Assembly: GCA_964606165.1 (NCBI GenBank)
Contig: CAZSFQ010000006.1
Coordinates: 3,035 to 67,034 of the forward strand
Direction: 5' to 3'
Origin: an uncultured Mageeibacillus sp.
GTDB taxonomy: Bacteria; Bacillota; Clostridia; Saccharofermentanales; DTU023
Length of the DNA stretch: 64,000 nt
Made by a program: the position numbers and the translations under genes. A model generated the notes under the pieces. That model saw nothing but the letters and a program-made list of their open reading frames with translations. It was not told the DNA's origin and did no database searches. Shown here one piece after another: positions 36,048-44,234 of the stretch (position 1 is the stretch's first letter; each line of letters starts with the position of its first letter).

Positions 36048-39000
36048 TCAGCTCAAATCTGACGCAAGGACAACAGCAAAGGTCATGGGGTGCCCGTTGA
36101 TATCCCATTGCTGCGGCTTGATGCCGTCAGGAACCGCGTCATCCCCGTCGAAGTAGATCAACTGCTCCGCCAGGACATCTGCCATGATGGCTTCGGCGTG
36201 GCCGTCGATCACGGCGTCCTGTTGGCCGCGGGCGACGTAAAGCCGGATGCGGTCAGTGACCTCAAATCCGCTGGAGCGCCGCATGGTCTGGATCTTGCTG
36301 ACGATCTCGCGGACGAAGCCTTCCTCGATCAAGTCCCGGGTCAAGCCGGTTGCCAGCGCCACCTTGACACTACCGGCGCTTTCAACCGCATAGCCTTTTG
36401 CCGGGATCTCCTCAACCAGCAGGTCATCAGCTGTCAAGCCGTAGACTGTATCGCCGACAGCAAGCTTGATCTGTCCATTTTGCTCCAGCTCATCCATGGT
36501 CGCCCGGCCAGGCAAGGCTTCGATCAGGGAGCGCGCCTGAGGGAGATCACTGCCCATCAGCCGCCCAAGCGTTCTCAATTGCGGTTTGAATCTGTAATCG
36601 ATCAGGCTTCCGTCGTCTTCTTCAAACTTGACCTTTTTGATGTTAAGTTCGTCGCGGACCAGGGCGGACAGCTCTTCAGACAGTGGTTCCATGCCAACGA
36701 CCACCAGCTCTGATAGAGGTTGGCGGATTTTGAGCTGGGCATTGTTTCTGGCTGCCCGGCCAAGCGAAGCGAGCTCAAGCACACCTTGCATATGGTCCTC
36801 AAGCGCCTTGTCAATTTTCTCCTCATCCGCCAGGGGGTAGTCACACAGGTGAACGCTTTCAGGCCGATTGGGGATGCGTCCGGCGACCAGATTCCGGTAA
36901 ACCGCCTCCGCCATGAAAGGGGTGAAAGGGGCGATGACCAAGGTCATGGTCACCAGGATATCGTGGAGAACGACATAGGCGGTGATCTTGTCTGTGTCCA
37001 TATCCGGCCCCCAATAACGCTCCCGAGATCTTCTCACATACCAGTTGGAAAGGTCTTCGACAAAAGCCTCCAGGGCCCGGGCCGCCGTTGTGATATCGCA
37101 GATCTCCAATCTGTGATCCACTTCTTTGATCAGCGAATGCAGCCTGCTTTCAATCCAGCGGTCCATAACCGTCTTGAATTCACCGACGGGGAAGTCCTGG
37201 TACTCGACCCGGTCGAAGCGGTCAATATTGGCGTAAAGGACAAAAAAGGCGTAGGTGTTCCAGAAGGTTCCCATGAACCGCCGCTTGGCCTCATTGACCG
37301 AGTCTTCAGAAAAACGCGCGGACAGCCAGGGCTGGCTGCCGGAGTAAAACATCCAGCGCATGGCGTCAGCCCCCTCCACATCCAGGATGTGGCCGGGTTC
37401 AACGATATTGCCCAGATGTTTGGACATCTTGATGCCGTCCTTGTCCAGGACGTGTCCGAGGACCAGGCAGGTCTTGTAGGCCTCTTCATCAAAGAGGGCT
37501 GTGCTGATCGCGTGCAGGCTGTAGAACCAGCCGCGCGTCTGGTCGATGGCTTCGGAGATGAAATCGGCCGGCATCCGCTCCCGGGTCAGCTCCTGGTTCT
37601 CAAAGGGGTAGTGGTATTGCGCGTAGGGCATGGCGCCGGAGTCATACCAGCCGTCGATGACTTCCGGAACCCGGGTCATGACCCCGGAACATGAGGGACA
37701 GGTCAGATGGACCTGGTCGATCATGGGCTTGTGCAGCTCAATATCCCCGGGGCAGTCGGGAGACATGGCCTTCATCTCGGCGATGGAGCCAACCATATGA
37801 AGCTTACCGCATGAATCACACTGCCAAACAGGCAAGGGTGTGCCCCAGTAGCGTTCACGCGAGATACACCAGTCGATGACGCTCTCCAGGAAATGCCCGA
37901 AGCGGCCGGGGCCGATATGGGCCGGAATCCAGTTGATCCTGGCATTGTTTTCAAGAAGCTGGTCACGCAGCTTGGTCATCTCGATGAACCAGGCCGTCCG
38001 GGCGTAATAGATGAGCGGCGTGTCGCAGCGCCAGCAGAAGGGATAGGTGTGCTCGGTCATATCCTCGGACAGCAGGAGATTCCATTCGCGAAGCAGCTCT
38101 ACCAGGCCGTCATCGGCATCCTTGACAAAGACACCGGCGAAGCCTTCCACTTCATCCGTCATGGTTCCGTCCTCAGCGACAAATTGAATAAGCGGCAGAT
38201 CGTTGGCGCGGCCAATCCGCGCGTCATCCTCACCGAAGGCCGGCGCGATGTGCACGATCCCCGTGCCGTCCGTCAGGGTGACATAGGGGTCGGCGACCAC
38301 ATAGTAAGCCCGCTTGCCCGATTGTTTGACCGTTTCAATCCCGAAAGGGTAAAGGGGTTCGTACTCACGTCCCAGCAGGTCGCTGCCCAGACAAGTCTCC
38401 AAAATCCGCGCGTCCGACCCGAATACCTGATGACAAAGAGCCTGGGCAACGATGTAGCGGGGCTTGCCTGCCGACCCGTCCGGCTCACCGTCAACCTCAC
38501 AGAGCACATAATGCTCTTTGGCGTTGACACAAAGCGCCAGGTTGGACGGCAGGGTCCAGGGCGTGGTGGTCCACACGGCGAAGTAGGTGTCCGGTTGGTC
38601 TTTGGCCCGGAAACGCACGTATACCGACCGCTCCTTGATGTCGCGGTAACCCTGCGCCACCTCGTGGCTCGAAAGCGAGGTTCCGCAGCGGGGACAGTAA
38701 GGGACTACCTTGTGGCCCTGGTAGATCAGTCCCTTGTCCCAGATCTGCTTCAGCGACCACCAGACTGATTCGATGTAGTCGTTCTCGTAGGTGATGTAGG
38801 GATGCTCCATGTCGGCCCAAAAGCCGATGCGCTCCGACATCTCCTCCCACTCCCCCTTGTATTTCCAGACCGATTCCTTGCATTCCTTAATAAAGGCCTC
38901 AACCCCGTAGGCCTCGATCTGATCCTTGCCGTCCAGGCCCAGTCTTTTTTCGACCTCGAGCTCAACAGGCAGTCCGTGCGTATCCCAGCCGGCCTTTCTC

Positions 39001-39239
39001 GGTACGTAATAACCTTTCATGGTCCGGTAGCGCGGAATCAAGTCCTTAATGACACGGGTCAGCACATGGCCGGCGTGCGGCATGCCATTGGCAGTCGGCG
39101 GGCCGTCGAAAAAGGAGTAAATCGGTCCGCCTTCCCTGTTTTTCATTGACTTGTTAAAGATGTCCTGATCTTTCCAAAAGGCCAGGACTCTTTCTTCACG
39201 CGGGACAAAATCGAGACCGCTGTCTACTTTTTCGTACAT
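36048..39239 (-). CDS. ileS: isoleucine--tRNA ligase (long, type-2 form)
   Basis: HIGH-type motif PTANGMPHAGH, KMSKS-type motif KMSKHLGN, a CP1 editing domain and a zinc-binding C-terminal region. 1063 aa. Confidence 0.95.
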   Translation of the reverse strand: MYEKVDSGLDFVPREERVLAFWKDQDIFNKSMKNREGGPIYSFFDGPPTANGMPHAGHVLTRVIKDLIPRYRTMKGYYVPRKAGWDTHGLPVELEVEKRLGLDGKDQIEAYGVEAFIKECKESVWKYKGEWEEMSERIGFWADMEHPYITYENDYIESVWWSLKQIWDKGLIYQGHKVVPYCPRCGTSLSSHEVAQGYRDIKERSVYVRFRAKDQPDTYFAVWTTTPWTLPSNLALCVNAKEHYVLCEVDGEPDGSAGKPRYIVAQALCHQVFGSDARILETCLGSDLLGREYEPLYPFGIETVKQSGKRAYYVVADPYVTLTDGTGIVHIAPAFGEDDARIGRANDLPLIQFVAEDGTMTDEVEGFAGVFVKDADDGLVELLREWNLLLSEDMTEHTYPFCWRCDTPLIYYARTAWFIEMTKLRDQLLENNARINWIPAHIGPGRFGHFLESVIDWCISRERYWGTPLPVWQCDSCGKLHMVGSIAEMKAMSPDCPGDIELHKPMIDQVHLTCPSCSGVMTRVPEVIDGWYDSGAMPYAQYHYPFENQELTRERMPADFISEAIDQTRGWFYSLHAISTALFDEEAYKTCLVLGHVLDKDGIKMSKHLGNIVEPGHILDVEGADAMRWMFYSGSQPWLSARFSEDSVNEAKRRFMGTFWNTYAFFVLYANIDRFDRVEYQDFPVGEFKTVMDRWIESRLHSLIKEVDHRLEICDITTAARALEAFVEDLSNWYVRRSRERYWGPDMDTDKITAYVVLHDILVTMTLVIAPFTPFMAEAVYRNLVAGRIPNRPESVHLCDYPLADEEKIDKALEDHMQGVLELASLGRAARNNAQLKIRQPLSELVVVGMEPLSEELSALVRDELNIKKVKFEEDDGSLIDYRFKPQLRTLGRLMGSDLPQARSLIEALPGRATMDELEQNGQIKLAVGDTVYGLTADDLLVEEIPAKGYAVESAGSVKVALATGLTRDLIEEGFVREIVSKIQTMRRSSGFEVTDRIRLYVARGQQDAVIDGHAEAIMADVLAEQLIYFDGDDAVPDGIKPQQWDINGHPMTFAVVLASDLS

Positions 39240-39322
39240 GAATGGACTTCTCCTTATTGATCACCTTCTTGCCCGGTTCACACAGGTGGCCGGGTCCAGG
39301 CAGTCATACCAATATCCAAATG

Positions 39323-39352
39323 ATTATAGTGTCAGGCAGCTCTTTGTGTCAA
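39323..39352 (-). promoter_or_regulatory. ileS promoter candidate
   Basis: On the minus strand: TTGACA (39347-39352), 18 nt, then TATAAT (39323-39328). The roughly 75-nt leader contains a hairpin at 39272-39294. Confidence 0.6.
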
Positions 39353-39508
39353 ACAAAAAGGGAAGCCCACAGGCGTCAAAAGACGGCCTTGTCTATTCAT
39401 CCGGCTGTTTCGGGCCGCTCAATTGTGTCAGTGTTAATGATATGTTCATAAATCAATGCTAACTTGAAAAAGGAGATTTCTCCACAGAGGATTCTTGAGG
39501 AGGTATTT

Positions 39509-40870
39509 ATGTTAGAAAAATCGTTTAAGCTCAAAGAACACGGCGTGTCCGTGAAGGGTGAGCTTGCGGCCGGCTTGACCACGTTTATGACGATGGCTTA
39601 TATCCTGGCCGTCAATCCCGATATCTTGAGTGTGACGGGCATGAATCCGGGCGGTGTTCTGATTGCGACGGCGCTGTCATCAGCCATCGCCTGCATCTGC
39701 ATGGCTTTTATGGCCAACCTGCCCTTTGCGCTGGCACCCGGCATGGGGCTCAACGCCTACTTTGCCTTTACCGTCGTGCTTGGCATGGGGTATTCGTGGC
39801 AGTTCGCGCTCTTCGCCGTCTTCGTCGAGGGCCTGATCTTCATTGTGCTCTCATTGACCAATGTCCGCGAAGCCATCTTCGACGCCATTCCGCTCACGCT
39901 TAAGCACGCAGTCGGTGCCGGTATCGGACTCTTCATCGCCTTCATCGGCCTGCAGAATTCCGGTCTGGTCCAGCCGGGCGCTACACTCGTCGAACTGGTT
40001 GCCTTCAAGGATACCATGGGCGGTGTCGGCCTGCTGGCCCTCCTGACCCTGGTCGGCGTACTCATCATCGGCGTCCTGGCTTACAAGAACGTCAAAGGCG
40101 CCTTGCTGATCGGCATGTTCGCCGTCTGGATCATCGGCATTATCTTGCAGGCGGTCGGACTCTACGTGCCCAACCCCGAAGCGGGTCTCTTCTCGCTTTA
40201 TCCCTATTGGGGCCTGCCTGACTTTGCCGGATTCGGCCAGATTGCCGGCCAGGCGTTCTCACCCGCTGCCTTTGCCAACTTCAATATCCCTGACTTCCTG
40301 ATCATCATGTTCTCCTTCCTCTTCGTCGATATCTTCGACACCCTGGGGACCCTGATCGGCGTCGCCGACAAGGCGGACATGCTTGACAAGGACGGCAAAC
40401 TGCCCAGAATCAAGGGCGCCCTCATGGCCGACGCCGTCGGCACGGTTGTCGGCGCGGTTGCCGGCACCTCGACGGTCACAACTTACGTTGAAAGCGCCGC
40501 GGGCGTCGCTGAAGGCGGCCGCACGGGGCTGACAGCACTGACAACAGGAATTCTCTTCCTGCTTGCCATCATCCTGTCACCCATCTTCATCTCCATCCCG
40601 TCCTTCGCGACCTCGGCGGCCCTGATCTATGTTGGCTTCCTCATGCTGTCGTCCATCCTCAAGGTTGACTTCAACGACATCTCCGAAGCCCTCCCCGCCT
40701 ATGTTGCCCTCTTTGCCATGCCCTTCTTCTACAGTATTTCGCACGGCATCATGTTCGGGATCATCTTCTACGTTCTGATCAACATGATCAGCGGGAAATT
40801 CAAAAAGATCAGCCCGCTCATGTACATCCTGGCTCTCGCGTTTATCCTGAAATTTGCCTTTTTGGGATAG
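39509..40870 (+). CDS. NCS2 family purine permease (AzgA/PbuG-like)
   Basis: MLEKSFKLKEHGVSVKGELAAGLTTFMTMAYILAVNP is a typical N-terminus. ATG at 39509 with a GAGGAGG RBS. Confidence 0.85.
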   Translation: MLEKSFKLKEHGVSVKGELAAGLTTFMTMAYILAVNPDILSVTGMNPGGVLIATALSSAIACICMAFMANLPFALAPGMGLNAYFAFTVVLGMGYSWQFALFAVFVEGLIFIVLSLTNVREAIFDAIPLTLKHAVGAGIGLFIAFIGLQNSGLVQPGATLVELVAFKDTMGGVGLLALLTLVGVLIIGVLAYKNVKGALLIGMFAVWIIGIILQAVGLYVPNPEAGLFSLYPYWGLPDFAGFGQIAGQAFSPAAFANFNIPDFLIIMFSFLFVDIFDTLGTLIGVADKADMLDKDGKLPRIKGALMADAVGTVVGAVAGTSTVTTYVESAAGVAEGGRTGLTALTTGILFLLAIILSPIFISIPSFATSAALIYVGFLMLSSILKVDFNDISEALPAYVALFAMPFFYSISHGIMFGIIFYVLINMISGKFKKISPLMYILALAFILKFAFLG

Positions 40871-40912
40871 GACGCCGCTGCACCCAGCACATCAACAAAT
40901 CCTCTGTTTCGA

Positions 40913-40972
40913 AAAGCCCGGGCCGGCGGCCCGGGCTTTCCATGTCCGGGCCCGGCCTCTTGCGGGCCGGGC
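40913..40972 (+). terminator. two tandem GC-rich hairpins downstream of the permease gene
   Basis: The first is AAAGCCCGGGCC-GGC-GGCCCGGGCTTT (40913-40939). The second is GCCCGGCC-tcttgcg-GGCCGGGC (40950-40972), followed by TCCTCTTC. Confidence 0.6.
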
Positions 40973-40996
40973 TCCTCTTCGTGTAGGCTTATTGCC

Positions 40997-41836
40997 ATGA
41001 ATCCCTGTCTGATCCTCCTGCTCGTCTTTCTGTCCGCCGGAGCCGTCTTTTTGCTCTACGGTTTTTTTCTTGAACCCCGCTGGATCAGGACCAGGGTATT
41101 TCCCCTTCCGGCAACCGGTCCGGAAAGTGAAGGCAAAAGGATCCTGTATTTCTCCGACCTTCATACCGGCGCCTCAACGACCCGGCGTAAGCTGGACAGG
41201 CAGATGAGGGCCATCATGAAGATGAAAGCGGATGCCATCTTTTTCGGCGGCGACCTGGTTGAGGAAAAAACTCCCCTCCGGGATCCCGCTTTCCGGGCCA
41301 TGGTCATCGACGCCCTGTCCTCCCTTCAGGCCCCCCTGGGCAAGTGGGCCGTCTTTGGCAATCACGATGTGGAGGCACCGCGATTTCGCGCATGGGTGAG
41401 CGGGGTCCTGGATCAGGCGGGCTTTACCCTGCTTGAAAACCGGGGAATTGAATTAGCCGGCATACCCGTGTGGGGCTTCGCCAACACCCATCACGGAGTA
41501 CCTTGTCTGGACCATGAGGCGGTCGGACAATTGGCGGATCAAGCCCAGGGAGATCCTTTTCTGCTCTTCCTTGTGCACGAATCCGACTGGTTCCCCCGTG
41601 TTATGCCGTGGCAAGGCAAGGGTCTGATCCTCACGGGACATTCCCACTACGGCCAGGTCACATTCTTCGGCCTTCCGCTTATCCGGCCGGCCGGCGCCAA
41701 AAAGTACTGGCGGGGGCGGTATGACCTGGGCGATCATTTATCCATGCTTGTGAGCGCGGGACTTGGAACCGTCCATATCCACGCCCGTTTTTTCGCCAGG
41801 CCTGATCTTTTGTTATTGCGGTTCGGAAAGAAATAA
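40997..41836 (+). CDS. membrane-anchored metallophosphoesterase (YkuE-like)
   Basis: N-terminal TM helix, then ILYFSDLHTG, GGDLV, GNHD and GHSH. Confidence 0.8.
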   Translation: MNPCLILLLVFLSAGAVFLLYGFFLEPRWIRTRVFPLPATGPESEGKRILYFSDLHTGASTTRRKLDRQMRAIMKMKADAIFFGGDLVEEKTPLRDPAFRAMVIDALSSLQAPLGKWAVFGNHDVEAPRFRAWVSGVLDQAGFTLLENRGIELAGIPVWGFANTHHGVPCLDHEAVGQLADQAQGDPFLLFLVHESDWFPRVMPWQGKGLILTGHSHYGQVTFFGLPLIRPAGAKKYWRGRYDLGDHLSMLVSAGLGTVHIHARFFARPDLLLLRFGKK

Positions 41837-43303
41837 GGCGCGCTTTTTGCCGATCTGTTCCTGTACCCGGTCCATGTAAACAAGAAGGTCCTTGGGGTTG
41901 TGAACGCGTTTGGCTGTGCGCTCCAGGATGACCTTGGAGGTTGAGCCGCTCCCCAGCCCCACGACAGGCACCTGATCACTCATCATGGCCACATTGTAGA
42001 GCGAGCCTTCCGCCCGCGTGAATCCGGTATTCTCCAGGCCGGACCGGCAATTTTTCTGCTTGTAAAGGTAATAGGGACGGTAGCCGTTTCGGCCAAGGAG
42101 GTCGTGGGCCCTTTCAACCGCCTCCATCAGGGCAGGATCAGGCAGCAGGGCCTGGCGGTCGGCGAAGAGGCGGTCAAGATAGGATCCCCTCTTGACGGCC
42201 AGGGTGTGAAGGGTAATGCTTTCCGGCTCAAGACCCATGACCTGGCAAAGCGAGTCAAGCAGGTCGTCGGCGTCCTCGCCTGGCAGTCCGGCGATTAAAT
42301 CCATATTGATGTCGGCAAAGCCCATGGAGCGGGCCAGGCGGAAGGCGGCCACGGTATCGCCGACGGTATGGTGGCGGCCGATCGACCGCAGGGTCTCCTC
42401 CCGCATGGTCTGCGGATTGATACAGAGCTTGTGAAAGCCCGACGACCGGATCAGCTCAAGCTTGTCCCGGTCAATGGTGTCGGGACGCCCCGCCTCCATG
42501 GTCAGCTCCGCATTCTCTTTCAGGGGCGCGGTAGCCAGGACATCTTCCAGATAGGGCCGGAAAAGAGACAGCGGCAGGCTGGTGGGCGTGCCGCCGCCGT
42601 AGTAGACAGCGGCGATTTTGAAAGGAAAGTCATGGTCAAAGACACCTTCGGCTTCCCTGACCACGGCATCCACATAGCGGCCAAGGCTTGCTTGCTGTTT
42701 ATGCGCGTCCCGGGTGATGAAACTGCAGTAATGGCATCTGCCCGGGCAAAAGGGCAGGCCCACATAGAGGATGGCCTCATTTGCTCCCAGACTTCCCAAT
42801 TGTCTTTCTTCCGCGATTGCCGTCTCAACCGCCAGACCCGCCTTTGATTCTGTCAGCTGCCAGTAATCGATGAGGTCCCTTCTCGCCTTGGCGGCGCCCG
42901 ATCGCCTGACCAGATCGAGGGCGACCTGGGTCGGCCTCACCCCCGTCAGGGATCCCCAGGGAAAGGTCATGCCGGTCGCGCGCGAAAGAATGATGTAGAG
43001 CTGGCGCTTCAAAACCCGCCTGATCTCGTGAAGCGGTATGGTCTCAGCTACTGACCCGGATCCTTCACCTTCCTCTCCTGTTGTCACGGTGACAGACCGG
43101 TCCGAGCTGCCGGACCTGGACGCGGCGCGCGCTTCCGCCGGTTCAACCGGCGGATCGGCCCTGGAGACGACATGAAGAGGGTGAGGATAGGGGGCCGCAA
43201 ACGAGGCCTTCCCCGTCTCTTGTAGCTGGCCGAAGAAGAGACGGGTGACATCGGCCAGGGCGGCCATTTCACCATGTCCGACAGCTTGGAGCAGAAAGGC
43301 CAT
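41813..43303 (-). CDS. hemZ: coproporphyrinogen dehydrogenase HemZ-like radical SAM protein
   Basis: Radical SAM cluster motif CPGRCHYCSF and a HemN-like core. Length and N-terminal region match the HemZ type. Confidence 0.75.
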   Translation of the reverse strand: MAFLLQAVGHGEMAALADVTRLFFGQLQETGKASFAAPYPHPLHVVSRADPPVEPAEARAASRSGSSDRSVTVTTGEEGEGSGSVAETIPLHEIRRVLKRQLYIILSRATGMTFPWGSLTGVRPTQVALDLVRRSGAAKARRDLIDYWQLTESKAGLAVETAIAEERQLGSLGANEAILYVGLPFCPGRCHYCSFITRDAHKQQASLGRYVDAVVREAEGVFDHDFPFKIAAVYYGGGTPTSLPLSLFRPYLEDVLATAPLKENAELTMEAGRPDTIDRDKLELIRSSGFHKLCINPQTMREETLRSIGRHHTVGDTVAAFRLARSMGFADINMDLIAGLPGEDADDLLDSLCQVMGLEPESITLHTLAVKRGSYLDRLFADRQALLPDPALMEAVERAHDLLGRNGYRPYYLYKQKNCRSGLENTGFTRAEGSLYNVAMMSDQVPVVGLGSGSTSKVILERTAKRVHNPKDLLVYMDRVQEQIGKKRALFLSEPQ

Positions 43304-43309
43304 GCTGTC

Positions 43310-44143
43310 TTATCCGAAGATTCCCGTTTTGTTCAGCAGGAAGAGGATGAAGAGGATAATGGGCTGATGGACGAAATAAACCCAAAGCGAATGGCGTCCC
43401 AAAAAACGGATGGGACGGCTGATTTTGTAGAAGCGGCCGTCGTATTTGGTAAAAGCCTCCCCCGTCGCGTAAAGGGTGTGGCCCACAGCAGCACCCGAAA
43501 GGAAGAATCCAATCCAGGGAAAGAGCGGCATGTGATCGAGTAAATGAACACCTTTGGCGGGAGCTCCCAGCATGATAAGAAAGGGATTCGAGGAATAGGC
43601 GGGAAGGATGGGTGTGATGAGGGTGGAAACGAAAATGGACACCATACCGATTATGATCAGGAGGCCGGGAAAGAGATGGCGTCTGTATTCTACCGCGTCC
43701 CCGCCTTCCTCCTCTTTTTCCGCATTGGGATCGGGAATCCACTTGAGCCGGACGGCCAGCCTCTCGAGCAGGGCGTAGGCAACGGTTGAAAAGGCGACAA
43801 CATGGATGACATTGAATAAAAGAAGACCGATGCCGGTAAATCCATCCACAAAAATACTGAGCGCTGTCGCGGTAATGGCAAAGATCACCATACGGAAACC
43901 GCGCTTCAGGCTGTTGCGCGAAAACCGTGAACTGGCGCCCGAGACCGACAGAAAAATGATGAGAACCAAGGGGCGGCCGATTTCGTAAAACCAGTAGGAG
44001 TGCTGGAAGGCGACAAAGTCCTGGTGGTAGATATCGTACAGGTCACCGATGGTGTGGTGGAACATCATGAGGGTGAGCGCGCAGCCCCTCAAAAAATCGA
44101 GTTCGGGAATGCGCCGCCTGGATTCTGTCTGTTGAATCTCCAT
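43310..44143 (-). CDS. DUF1624 / heparan-alpha-glucosaminide N-acetyltransferase-like membrane protein
   Basis: RIPELDFLRGCALTLMMFHH at the N-terminus of a polytopic protein. Confidence 0.7.
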   Translation of the reverse strand: MEIQQTESRRRIPELDFLRGCALTLMMFHHTIGDLYDIYHQDFVAFQHSYWFYEIGRPLVLIIFLSVSGASSRFSRNSLKRGFRMVIFAITATALSIFVDGFTGIGLLLFNVIHVVAFSTVAYALLERLAVRLKWIPDPNAEKEEEGGDAVEYRRHLFPGLLIIIGMVSIFVSTLITPILPAYSSNPFLIMLGAPAKGVHLLDHMPLFPWIGFFLSGAAVGHTLYATGEAFTKYDGRFYKISRPIRFLGRHSLWVYFVHQPIILFILFLLNKTGIFG

Positions 44144-44169
44144 AAACCTCTACCTCCGGATCCTCATAA

Positions 44170-44209
44170 AAGGGCACTGGAGGTTTTATTGTAGACCTCC
44201 AGTGCCCTT
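44170..44209 (-). terminator. rho-independent terminator of ppdK
   Basis: A 15-bp stem AAGGGCACTGGAGGT / ACCTCCAGTGCCCTT, followed on the minus strand by TTTTAT. Confidence 0.8.
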
Positions 44210-44234
44210 GCAATCAAGCCTTGTGCTTCTCCCC

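Noticed and set aside
36720-37694. Long ORFs antisense to well-supported genes. Examples are 36720..37694(+), 37893..38768(+), 47531..48670(+), 56039..56989(+), 62675..63859(+), 24433..25134(+), 6539..7480(+), 5374..6015(-) and 1204..1917(+).
   Set aside because: Each lies entirely opposite a conserved gene (ileS, glyQS, rplM/dac, the surface protein, the Panacea gene, malic enzyme, DHHW, deoD). Each has Arg/Pro/Gly-rich low-complexity translations typical of the antisense frames of GC-rich coding DNA, and none has an RBS or recognisable motifs.
39240-39470. T-box riboswitch upstream of ileS.
   Set aside because: I read the minus-strand leader and found no T-box sequence (AAnnnGGGTGGTACCGCG-like) and no terminator with a U-tail. 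There is only a promoter and one short hairpin. This needs a covariance-model scan to be definitive.
39353-39508. Purine/guanine riboswitch upstream of the NCS2 purine permease.
   Set aside because: No three-way-junction pattern or conserved purine-aptamer loops are recognisable by eye. There is only a small GGAGA-TT-TCTCC hairpin (39472-39483) near the RBS. This was not verified computationally.
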